From Vulcanisaeta sp. AZ3 (GTDB taxonomy: Archaea > Thermoproteota > Thermoprotei > Thermoproteales > Thermocladiaceae), in the NCBI GenBank assembly GCA_000960865.2, contig JZWU02000010.1:1-48593 (forward strand): a DNA stretch of 48,593 bases, read 5' to 3'. Of the stretch, positions 9,998 to 18,777 are shown piece by piece (the stretch's first letter is position 1; the number at the start of each line of letters is the position of its first letter). The notes below the pieces were generated by a model that made no database searches, was not told the DNA's origin, and saw only the letters and a program-made list of their open reading frames with translations. A program made the position numbers and the translations under genes.

Positions 9998-10766
9998 ACC
10001 TCACCACCCCAGTAATACTTTTGGTTTCCGTGACGTTCATGGTTGGATAGACATAGGTTAAATTCTCAAGTAGGGATACTGTATATATGTGGCCAGGTGT
10101 TAATGAACAGGTTAGATTCCTCCCATTAATGACTGTTTGGGGAATCCTAATAATTACAATACCACTACCCTCCTTAATATATTGATTGACATGTGTATAG
10201 TTAACGAAGGGCAATATCACAAACTGCCTAATAGAATTATCAACTACTTGCAGATTGAGTATTGAGTTTATTATGATAGGTACAGGGCTTGAGTAATTAA
10301 GGGTTAAGGTCAAACCCCCATTACACGTGTAGTTAATGCCCGTAATATCTATGGTCATGATAACATGCACAGGGGTTACTATGAAGAAGCCTATGGCTGC
10401 CTCGTGATCCATGATAGATCCATACACCAAACCCTCGAGACCTAAATTACTTAGGCCGAGATATTGCGGCATTAATGGAGCATAACCAACCAACTCATTA
10501 TTACTCACCACTGTTAAATTAACCACCTGCCCAACACTCACAACCTTAACCCAACCACCCCTTGGTATAAAGGGCATGCTCTCATTATTAATTAGGATCG
10601 TAATGACAACCCTACCAGCCTCAAGAGATACATTACCCCCCTCCACGTAGGGGGCATTATAATTAATATAGGTTATTCTTGGATGTGAGGCATAGTAAAT
10701 AAAGGCCATGGCAAGTAGGGCAGGAAGGAGGAAGAGGATTATTGTTTTTAAATTTAAATCTACCAT
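9990..10766 (-). CDS. Membrane-anchored extracellular beta-rich glycoprotein in the putative filament operon
   Basis: N-terminal TM/signal segment, many N-x-S/T sequons and two Cys; sits 12 bp downstream of the major subunit. Confidence 0.75.
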   Translation of the reverse strand: MVDLNLKTIILFLLPALLAMAFIYYASHPRITYINYNAPYVEGGNVSLEAGRVVITILINNESMPFIPRGGWVKVVSVGQVVNLTVVSNNELVGYAPLMPQYLGLSNLGLEGLVYGSIMDHEAAIGFFIVTPVHVIMTIDITGINYTCNGGLTLTLNYSSPVPIIINSILNLQVVDNSIRQFVILPFVNYTHVNQYIKEGSGIVIIRIPQTVINGRNLTCSLTPGHIYTVSLLENLTYVYPTMNVTETKSITGVVRYG

Positions 10767-10778
10767 AACGTTACCTTA

Positions 10779-11354
10779 TTATGGGGTTGGCGTTGCGGTG
10801 TTGCTTACTACGTTGTATCCGAAGTTTACGGTCACTGTCTCAGTACTACCTCTTGTGACTGGTGTGTTGTAGTAGGCGAGTATTGATATGTAGTATGTAC
10901 CAGCACTTAATGAACATGTTGAACTAGGAGTTGTGGCTGCTGGGTTTTGAATTACTGTGAAGGAACAAACGGTAGCACCGCTAGTATTTTGTATGTATAC
11001 AGTCATACTATTAAGAAGGATAGAGCCGCTAGTGCTTATGGAGTTTATGTACAAGTAGCCTGCAGTATTCACCGTCATCTTCACGGCTTGATAATAATAA
11101 GCACCGCTTGCATTAGTTGCGGCCATGGTTACTGTAAACCCTTGATCACTCGTAGTTACGTTTAAGTAAGGTGCAGCGGCAGAGGTGTTTGGGTAAGCAT
11201 TTGGACCAGCGGCGAAGGTAAGAGGCGACTTTGTAGTCACCACATTAAACGTGCCAGTATACACATACACAACATCAGCAAAAACAATACCAGCTATCGC
11301 TAACACCACAGCTATTATTATTGGCAATGCTCTTCTTTCTATCTTTTTACCCAT
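10779..11354 (-). CDS. Putative major filament subunit resembling the Sulfolobus acidocaldarius thread subunit Saci_0406
   Basis: Signal peptide ending VFA|DV; mature N-terminus DVVYVYTGTFNV. Motifs GFTVT..TNAS..YY, GYLY, GTYYISIL, TVTVNFGY and a Pro-rich C-terminus match my recollection of Saci_0406. Confidence 0.75.
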   Translation of the reverse strand: MGKKIERRALPIIIAVVLAIAGIVFADVVYVYTGTFNVVTTKSPLTFAAGPNAYPNTSAAAPYLNVTTSDQGFTVTMAATNASGAYYYQAVKMTVNTAGYLYINSISTSGSILLNSMTVYIQNTSGATVCSFTVIQNPAATTPSSTCSLSAGTYYISILAYYNTPVTRGSTETVTVNFGYNVVSNTATPTP

Positions 11355-11375
11355 CTTAATTCACGATAGGTAGGG

Positions 11376-11390
11376 GTTTTTAAACTTTTC
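11376..11390 (-). promoter_or_regulatory. BRE-TATA promoter of the filament operon
   Basis: Minus strand GAAAAG-TTTAAAAA about 25-30 nt upstream of the ATG at 11354. Confidence 0.6.
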
Positions 11391-11776
11391 TCCCCTCCCT
11401 CCCCCATTTTGGCATTATTTTTAAGAGATATAATGAATTTTGATTATTTTCGCTTAATTGTAAGTGATGATCGTTTTCTAAGAAATACTAGCTTCATGTG
11501 AGATAGAACTAGTTGGTGTTCTGGTATGTTTTAATTGCTGGCGAGTATGATGCGAGTTAGTTTTTGTTATTTAGGCGTTGTGTTTGGATGACAGTTAGGA
11601 ACCTTGGGAGGTGCTAGGCTTGGGTATAGTAGGTGGGAAGGTTTTGTTTATGCTCTGTATTGTATTAAGTTTTGGTTAATTAGGAATTTTCGATTATGAT
11701 AGGGATGCCGGATTTAATGTTTTATGAGGTTAGTGAGTGATTGCTTTAGGTTTTGGAGGGGTATTGGGGATTGTTT

Positions 11777-11854
11777 TGGCGCCCCGGCCGGGATTTGAAC
11801 CCGGGTCACGGGCTCGACAGGCCCGCATACTGGACCGGGCTATACTACCGGGGC
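11777..11854 (-). tRNA. tRNA-Asp(GTC), intronless, CCA encoded
   Basis: GCCCCGG acceptor stem, anticodon arm GCGGGC-CTGTCGA-GCCCGT, T-loop GGTTCAAATCC, ends GCCA. A BRE/TATA-like AAAACCTTAAG lies upstream. Confidence 0.97.
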
Positions 11855-11932
11855 TCGTGTTGTTTATGGTTTGTGGGTTTCTTAAGGTTTTCTTTGCTTG
11901 GTTACTATTAGTTTTTTAAGGGGGTTTGGTAC

Positions 11933-12835
11933 TTGGTTTTTGTGATTGGCGCTGTGTTGGTTAATTATGTGTTGGCGTTTGTTTTATCGTTTCTTGTTTC
12001 GGGGAATAATTTATCGGCAAATGCTGGTGCTGCTGTGGGTTCTAGGTCTGTTAATTATAGGTTTGCTTTGGTGGTTGCTGTGCTTGGTTATGTGCTTGGT
12101 CTTTGGTTGCAGGGTACTTATATGAGGGCTAATGTTGTTAGTGGTGTGGTTGCTGAGGTTGCCATGGCTGTGTCTATTGTTATATTCCTTGTGGGTGAGG
12201 GTATGAGGGTTCCTATCTCACTGACTGGTTCGTTGTATGCGAGTCTTTTGGGTGCTTCATTGGCCTTTGGTCATTTATTGGGTAATGCTGTGTTTGTGCT
12301 TGGTTATTGGTTATCACTGCCTGTTCTTGTAATGGCTTTTTCGTACCTTCTTTATAGGTCGCTTAGTGTTTTTTCGAGGTTTTCTTTTAGGTATGTTGGT
12401 GTTTATAGGTTGTTGTCTATAGTTACGGTGTTCTTGCTCTCATTCTCCTTTGGGGCGAATAATCTTGGTTTATTATGGGCGCTTCTTGGTTTTAGTTATA
12501 GGGGTTTGTTAGTAATTATTGTGAGTTCTATATTAGGTGCTCTAATAATTGGTTGGAGGACGTTGTATAGGCTTAGTTCTGGGTTGTTTACGTTGGGACC
12601 GTTGACGAGTTTCACGGTTCAATTGTTCTCGTTCATGGCTATGGAGGTTGGTACGTTTTATTCAGTGCCTATGCCCGTGACTGTTACAACATCGTTTGGT
12701 TTAGTTGGGGTGGGTGCTGCGCATAGGTTTAGGGTTATAAATCTTAGTTATTTCAATGAGTTAATTGTTGGCTTTGTGGCTTCAATAATCATTGGATCCT
12801 TACTTAGTTACTTAATAATTAGGATCGTTATTTAG
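11933..12835 (+). CDS. PiT/PHO4 family inorganic phosphate (anion) permease
   Basis: Very hydrophobic, with repeated signatures GNNLSANAGAAVGSR / FGANNLG and PISLT / PMPVT. Confidence 0.8.
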   Translation: MVFVIGAVLVNYVLAFVLSFLVSGNNLSANAGAAVGSRSVNYRFALVVAVLGYVLGLWLQGTYMRANVVSGVVAEVAMAVSIVIFLVGEGMRVPISLTGSLYASLLGASLAFGHLLGNAVFVLGYWLSLPVLVMAFSYLLYRSLSVFSRFSFRYVGVYRLLSIVTVFLLSFSFGANNLGLLWALLGFSYRGLLVIIVSSILGALIIGWRTLYRLSSGLFTLGPLTSFTVQLFSFMAMEVGTFYSVPMPVTVTTSFGLVGVGAAHRFRVINLSYFNELIVGFVASIIIGSLLSYLIIRIVI

Positions 12836-13905
12836 GCAATCCCTGTAACCTCAACTACATGCTCTGCAGCCTTTCTGGATAATCCGTCGGTTCCAAGTAT
12901 TGTGAATCTATCGGGTCTTACTTTGTGTGCCATCATTAGAGCTTCGATGATTATGTCTCTATCTAAGCCGAGCTCCTTGGCTGTGGTTGGTATGTTGAGG
13001 CTCTGTAGGAAGTTCTTTATTCTTCTCCACTTCATTCCATGTAGATATGCCATCATTATTGCGCCAAGAGCTACTTGTTCTCCATGAAGTGCTGGCTTGA
13101 AGCCTCTTTCCCTGGCTATTAGGTCTATCGCGTGGCTGAATAAATGCTCTGAACCGCTACATGGTCTTGAACTGCCTGCGATTGCCATAGCTACACCACA
13201 ACCGAGTAATGCCTTAACTACTATTCTAACGCTCTCCTCATTATGAACTCTTAATCTATCCCTATTCCTAAGTACGATGAGCGCGCTATCCCTTGCTAAG
13301 GCTGCTGCATACTCGCTGAAGTCCTCACCCTTAACTCTGACTGCAAACTCCCAATCTTTAACAGATATTAGCTTGCCAATGAGCTCTCCAACACCTGCTA
13401 GTAGATATCTTCTTGGTGCTTCGAGTATTATTAAGGTGTCTGCTATTATGGCTATGGGTGATCTCTGAATCTTACCAACGCCTCGAGTGTTTAGGTCTAC
13501 TTGGAGTATGTGGGATACGTAGGGGCTGGCTATACCGTCGTGACTCGCTATTGTGGGTATTGAGACGTAGGGTACATTCATTACTTGAGCCAGGGCCTTA
13601 CTGAAGTCAATAATCCTACCGCCACCGAGTGCTATTACGTGGTTTACCTTACCCATATACCTATTAGCTATGTTAGTTATGCTATCAGGGCTTACTTCAT
13701 CAACCTCCTCAATATCGCATAGTCTACATCCTATCTTTTCTATTAGGTGTTTACCGAACCTAGGTCCTACAATTATTAATCCTCTAAATCCATCAAGACC
13801 TATCTTACTTAATATCTCTGGCGTCTTACTTATTGCATTGGGTCCGAACACTATGATCCTCGGCACCTCATACATCTCTAATGATCTATATTGAATGGAT
13901 TTCAT
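12832..13905 (-). CDS. egsA: sn-glycerol-1-phosphate dehydrogenase
   Basis: GGGRIID, PTIASHDGIASP, SRPCSGSEHLFSHA, LHGEQV, RPDRFTIL. Confidence 0.95.
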   Translation of the reverse strand: MKSIQYRSLEMYEVPRIIVFGPNAISKTPEILSKIGLDGFRGLIIVGPRFGKHLIEKIGCRLCDIEEVDEVSPDSITNIANRYMGKVNHVIALGGGRIIDFSKALAQVMNVPYVSIPTIASHDGIASPYVSHILQVDLNTRGVGKIQRSPIAIIADTLIILEAPRRYLLAGVGELIGKLISVKDWEFAVRVKGEDFSEYAAALARDSALIVLRNRDRLRVHNEESVRIVVKALLGCGVAMAIAGSSRPCSGSEHLFSHAIDLIARERGFKPALHGEQVALGAIMMAYLHGMKWRRIKNFLQSLNIPTTAKELGLDRDIIIEALMMAHKVRPDRFTILGTDGLSRKAAEHVVEVTGIA

Positions 13906-13989
13906 TGCCTTAATTCAGGTCCTATGCTGGGTATAATTTAAGTTATTCGTTGTGCTGCTATTAAGAACGGAGGATTCCTAGACCTCGAT

Positions 13990-14532
13990 TTACTTTAATG
14001 CCTTTAATAGTGATTCTACGTTGACTCTCTTCATGCTTATCACGTTATTATCAATAACGAGGTCCTCATTAATAAACTCAACACCATTATTCTTAAGGAT
14101 AGTTATTAAGTCCGTGGTTGGATATACCGTGGCTCTCCTACCCTTTAAAAGGCCTAGCTTAGCTGCGTAGGCTGGCAGGGCTAGGGGTAGTATAATTCTC
14201 TTACCATTACTTATTGATTTTGTTAATAATCGCTCAAAGGTCTCCCTATTAACAATGGGCTTAAACCTACCCGGCATCTCCCTATTCATAACTGTGTAGT
14301 AGGCCCAGTAGCCTCCTATGAAGGCTACTACGTCATAATTGTCAACCACGTTCTCATTGATGTCTTCCGTGAAGTCTAGGTCGAAGTCAACCCTGGCTGT
14401 CTTACTGACAAGTCCAGTATTAATTTCCGCGCCCAATTGTCTAAGTGCCTGTACCATCATTGGATACTCGTTGTCGTATGAATCATCGGCCACGATAATT
14501 AAGACCTTCATACGGCTATTGAGGGTGGGCAT
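13990..14532 (-). CDS. DJ-1/PfpI family protein lacking the catalytic Cys
   Basis: KVLIIVADD..DNE, YDVVAFIGG, GLLKGRRATVYP, VIDNNVIS; no cysteine in the protein. Confidence 0.8.
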   Translation of the reverse strand: MPTLNSRMKVLIIVADDSYDNEYPMMVQALRQLGAEINTGLVSKTARVDFDLDFTEDINENVVDNYDVVAFIGGYWAYYTVMNREMPGRFKPIVNRETFERLLTKSISNGKRIILPLALPAYAAKLGLLKGRRATVYPTTDLITILKNNGVEFINEDLVIDNNVISMKRVNVESLLKALK

Positions 14533-14574
14533 GTTATTTTAAATATTTTGTGCCTTAAACTTGATCACGAAGTA

Positions 14575-15174
14575 CTATCCCATAGAGGCCCTATTCCTCT
14601 TTATCAAGTCCACTATGAACCTAGCAGCAATTTCTGCATGTTCAAAGGGCTTGCTTTGAGGTTTATTCCTGAAGTCAAGTATGTAGACTGAGCTCTCGCC
14701 AGCATTGGCTGCTGCGAAGGCATAGTACCTATTTGCGAGTTGGTGTAATTCAATGCTCTCAGGTGTCTCCTCCTCTCTGTCTCTGAGCCCCGTATCCTTT
14801 GCTCTTCTTTCCAATATGTCCTTTGGGTTGAATTCCATGAGTATTATAGCGTCTGGCCTAAGCTTTGTTATTATTCTATCTGGCAACCCTGGATAGAAGC
14901 CTCCCTGTACTCTAATACTTGCATGAGTATCTATGATTACATCACCGGGCAGCTTAGCTATTTCCTCAGCTGCTATTTCTTGAACCTTTCTATATTCCTC
15001 AACAGGTAGTTTCTTCCTCATGTCATCCCTATTTGTGATTCCATAATTCTTCTTGGCTACCTCGAGCATGTAGTCTCCGTAATTTACAATATTCACGTCA
15101 GGTAACATTTCCTTAACATATTTCAGTGTTGTGGATTTACCACTACCTGGCACGGCAACAAGTATTATCTTCAC
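14575..15174 (-). CDS. adkA: Archaeal-type adenylate kinase
   Basis: AVPGSGKST P-loop, VNYGDYM, RDDMRK, IDTHASI, GFYPGLP. Confidence 0.95.
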   Translation of the reverse strand: MKIILVAVPGSGKSTTLKYVKEMLPDVNIVNYGDYMLEVAKKNYGITNRDDMRKKLPVEEYRKVQEIAAEEIAKLPGDVIIDTHASIRVQGGFYPGLPDRIITKLRPDAIILMEFNPKDILERRAKDTGLRDREEETPESIELHQLANRYYAFAAANAGESSVYILDFRNKPQSKPFEHAEIAARFIVDLIKRNRASMG

Positions 15175-15267
15175 AGTGTTTCATTGTTTATTGTGAATTT
15201 AAGTCTTATTTCACGATTAGGCTATTTCTGAATAATTTTAAAGGGTGAGTATGAAGTAATTACTTAG

Positions 15268-16473
15268 GTGATGAGTATTAGAGTTCTTCATCTGAGTTGG
15301 GAATACCCGCCCCATATGATTGGAGGGCTAGGCAGGCATGTTTTACACATAACTAAGCACTTGGTTAGGGATGGGGTTGAGACTACTGTTATGAGCATAT
15401 CGTTACCTGGTTCGCCAACCTCGGAGGTGAATGATGGGGTTAAGATAAGGAGAGTTGACCCATTTAGGTTTAGGTCTACGAGCTTCATAACGTGGGTTCT
15501 AAACTTTAATGAGGAGATGATTGAGGAGGCCTTGAGACTTCATGATGATTGGGATTTCGATTTAATACACGTTCATGACTGGTTAACAGGTCCAGCAGGA
15601 ATAGCTCTAAAACACCTATTACGTAAACCCCTTATAGCCACGATACACGCTACCGAGGCTGGGAGGAGGAATGGTATTCACAATGAGGAACAATGGGTAA
15701 TACATAATTGGGAGTGGAGGACGACATACGAGGCTTGGAGAGTTATTGTGTGTAGTAATTATATGATGGGGGAGGTCTCTCAGGTTCATGGGGTACCCAG
15801 GGATAAGTTGGTTATGATTCCGAATGGGATTGACGTGAGTGTAATAGATGTGGTAAATCCAAGGCCGGGTTTTAGAGATAATTATGCGATGCCTAGTGAG
15901 AGGATAATAGTCTTCGTGGGTAGATTAGTACATGAGAAGGGCCCAGACTTGGTATTGGCAGCTTTTAGAGAACTCCTAAGGTGGAACTGGAACTTGAAGC
16001 TTCTTATTGTTGGTGATGGACCAATGAGGGAATACCTAATGGAACTAGCTCAATGGTGGGGTATTTGGGATAAGGTTTACTTCACGGGTAGGGTAGATGA
16101 TGAAACTCTCTATTCAATACTTAAGGTCTCAGACTTAGCAATATTACCCAGCCGTTATGAGCCCTTCGGTATAACAATACTTGAGGCAATGGCTGCAGGC
16201 CTACCTGTAATAACCGCAAAAGTTGGAGGACCGGGCGAAATAATCCACGATTGGTATAACGGCATTAAGGTATCCCCAAACGATGTAAGTAGCATAGTGG
16301 TTGCGGCTAAAGCCTTGTTAAGTAATGATGAATTAAGGTTGAATATTGCAAAGAATGCGAGAGAATCGGTCTTAAGGTGGTATACATGGGATAGGATAGC
16401 CAGGTGGACTAAGAGGGTTTATCAAGATGTTATTAATGAATATAGGATAACCAATTGGGCAACGCTTTGGTAA
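15268..16473 (+). CDS. Glycosyltransferase family 4 (glycogen synthase-like)
   Basis: WEYPP..GGLG, HVHDWL, TIHATE, FVGRLVHEKG, YEPFGITILEAMA. Confidence 0.9.
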   Translation: MMSIRVLHLSWEYPPHMIGGLGRHVLHITKHLVRDGVETTVMSISLPGSPTSEVNDGVKIRRVDPFRFRSTSFITWVLNFNEEMIEEALRLHDDWDFDLIHVHDWLTGPAGIALKHLLRKPLIATIHATEAGRRNGIHNEEQWVIHNWEWRTTYEAWRVIVCSNYMMGEVSQVHGVPRDKLVMIPNGIDVSVIDVVNPRPGFRDNYAMPSERIIVFVGRLVHEKGPDLVLAAFRELLRWNWNLKLLIVGDGPMREYLMELAQWWGIWDKVYFTGRVDDETLYSILKVSDLAILPSRYEPFGITILEAMAAGLPVITAKVGGPGEIIHDWYNGIKVSPNDVSSIVVAAKALLSNDELRLNIAKNARESVLRWYTWDRIARWTKRVYQDVINEYRITNWATLW

Positions 16474-16862
16474 ATTAAAAGAAATATTGGTCTTAATTAG
16501 GCATATTGTATTCTTTGGTTGAATATTAAGTAGAACTTAATATCTAGGAACTCCTTAAAACTTCTAAGTGTGCTTCTCATTAATCGATCTAGGTTTCCCT
16601 ACTTTTTTCTAAGCATTAGACTTGACGTTGGATAACTCTGTCGCGGTAAGTATTTTACATAATAACACCTGGATTATGAACCTGAAGTATGAAACGCATT
16701 ACCTTAATGTGAAGCTTGATTGATTAGAAGTAGGCTAGATAGGTGTCTTAAATAGAAATTTAACGCTTGTTAACCTCATAACCAACCATGGTTCTCGGTG
16801 GGGGAAGTCATGAAGGGATATATGGAAAATCTTATAAGCACTTATTTTCTTATCGATGCTGA

Positions 16863-17054
16863 ATGCCTAAGGAGGTTAAGGCTAGGGCACATATCTGGTA
16901 TGAGGTGAATTATGAGGAGGGAACCATAAAGTTCTTGAGGAGGATATGTCCTAGGTGTGGTTCCGTAATGGCTTACCATAAGGTTCCTACACCTAGGTGG
17001 GCTTGCGGTAAGTGTGGGTATACTATTTTTGAGCAGGTTAGAGGTAGGCAGTAA
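16863..17054 (+). CDS. rps27ae: 30S ribosomal protein S27ae (eS31)
   Basis: CPRCGSVMAYH...RWACGKCGYT zinc ribbon. Confidence 0.93.
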   Translation: MPKEVKARAHIWYEVNYEEGTIKFLRRICPRCGSVMAYHKVPTPRWACGKCGYTIFEQVRGRQ

Positions 17055-17430
17055 GTATTTTTATTGTATGTAGTTTTGAAAGTTCATTATCCTATTGCTT
17101 TATCATACAAGTTGAATTAATTGCTACCTCTTAATGAAGTTGATAAAAATACTCGTAATATCCTCCTCTCGTTATAATATCCGGGTTGGAAAGTTGTTGC
17201 TAAGTTATTTTCTCAGTCGTTACACCTATTACTCCGATAATAAATGTGATTTAAAGAACTTATAGCGCTCACTTGAGATTAATCATAGTACTTATAGAGA
17301 ACAACTACACTAAACGGCACAAGCATCTTCGGCTATCTCAACCGCTTCTCATTGGTAACCATAGGTATTATCGCATAGCTTGTGGTTATGGTCTAATAAA
17401 TTATTAATAATGTATTTTTCTATCTCTTGG

Positions 17431-18777
17431 ATGGTGGATTTACGGAAGTTCCTTAGAGAGATTAGGGATGAGGAGTTGTTGAGGTATGTCGATGACGAGT
17501 TGAGTATTAATTATGAGATACCTTACGTGTTAATGAGACTAGATAAGGGGCCTGCTCTTGAGTTTAGGAAAGTTCGTGAGTATGGTAATACTCATGTGGT
17601 TGGTAATATTGTTAATACTAGGTATAAGGTTTACAGGGCTGTTGACGTTAGGGAGGATGCTGATTTTTACAAACGATTAATGTGGTCTGAGGAGGCTGCT
17701 CCGTCATATAAGCCTAAGGAGACAAATAATGCTGTTTATGATACATTGCCTGAGGTTGATGTTTTGAAATTACCGATACCACGTTACTTCGAGTTGGAGC
17801 CCGGTCCATGCCTAACAAGTGCTGTGGTTATTGGTATGGATGTTAGGGAAGGTATGTTGAATGCTAGTATTCATAGGTTAATGCCGATAGGCCCTGATAA
17901 GTTCGTTATTAGGCTAGTGCCTAGGCACCTCTATAGGATCTATATGAGGAATAAGGAGTTGGGTAGGGATACACCGATAGTTATAGCGTGGGGTTTGCAT
18001 CCAGCAATACTTGTGGCAGCAGCGTCCTCACCACCTTTTGGCGTCTTTGAATTGAACATGGCTAATGCCTTATTGAACGGCTCACTCGAGGTTAAGGTGA
18101 TGGATAATGGCGTACCCGCACCTGCCTACGCCGAGGTCGTTATGGAGGGGTACATATCGGCTAAGGAGGAGGCTAAGGAAGGTCCATGTATGGATGTACT
18201 TGGTACTTATGATGAGGTGAGAATGCAGCCTGTGGTTAGGATAACGAGGATTTACATTAGGAGGGACTCGCCTTTGATGGCGCATGCCTTAGTTGCAGGT
18301 TATTCAGAGCATCGTGTATTGATGGGTATTGAGAAGGAGGCTAAGATATGGCAGTTCGTGAGCAACGTGGTACCTGAGGTTAAGGCTGTGAGGTTGACTG
18401 ACGGTGGTTGTGGTTGGTTACATGCCGTGGTGTCCATTAGGAAACAGAGTGATGGGGATCCTAAGAATGCCATAATGGCTGCATTTGCAGCTCACCCAAG
18501 CCTTAAGTACGTTGTCGTGGTTGATGATGATATAAATATTGATGATCCAAGCGAGGTTGAGTGGGCGATAGCCACTAGGTTCAGGGCTGATGAGGACTTA
18601 GTCACTATTAAGTATGCCAGAGGATCTACTCTGGATCCCGTGGCCATGGATCCTATTCAGGGTATAACTACGAAGATGGGTCTCGATGCGACAATGCCTA
18701 TTAGTATGAAAAAAGAGAAGTTCAAGAGAGGCATAATACCAGCGAGGGTTGATATTGATAAGCTGAAATTTTCCTAA
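17431..18777 (+). CDS. UbiD family prFMN-dependent decarboxylase (start MVDLRKF at 17431)
   Basis: NASIHRL, EGP.MD, GGCGWLHAVVSI, VVVVDDDIN, EVEWAIATRF, KMGLDAT. Confidence 0.9.
   Translation: MVDLRKFLREIRDEELLRYVDDELSINYEIPYVLMRLDKGPALEFRKVREYGNTHVVGNIVNTRYKVYRAVDVREDADFYKRLMWSEEAAPSYKPKETNNAVYDTLPEVDVLKLPIPRYFELEPGPCLTSAVVIGMDVREGMLNASIHRLMPIGPDKFVIRLVPRHLYRIYMRNKELGRDTPIVIAWGLHPAILVAAASSPPFGVFELNMANALLNGSLEVKVMDNGVPAPAYAEVVMEGYISAKEEAKEGPCMDVLGTYDEVRMQPVVRITRIYIRRDSPLMAHALVAGYSEHRVLMGIEKEAKIWQFVSNVVPEVKAVRLTDGGCGWLHAVVSIRKQSDGDPKNAIMAAFAAHPSLKYVVVVDDDINIDDPSEVEWAIATRFRADEDLVTIKYARGSTLDPVAMDPIQGITTKMGLDATMPISMKKEKFKRGIIPARVDIDKLKFS

Noticed and set aside
11277-11354. Class III (type IV pilin) signal peptide in the 191-aa protein (KKIERRA|LP)
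   Set aside because: No +5 Glu. The VFA|D signal peptidase I-type site and the Asp-initiated strand shared with the paralogue explain it better.
11464-11525. GTGATGA C-box in the spacer near tRNA-Asp
   Set aside because: No correctly spaced CTGA D or D' boxes.
7771-11776. Integrated mobile element at the tRNA-Asp 3' end
   Set aside because: No integrase and no duplicated tRNA 3' end (att site) seen in the window.
11737-11919. 60-aa + strand ORF
   Set aside because: It is the antisense shadow of tRNA-Asp.
16780-16820. GC-rich ...GGTGGGGGAAGTCA resembling an IS200/IS605 right end
   Set aside because: No clear subterminal hairpin and no transposase or TnpB remnant recognisable.
17055-17430. 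Possible decayed gene or sRNA in the spacer after rps27ae
   Set aside because: Only short interrupted frames and incomplete box motifs; not supportable.
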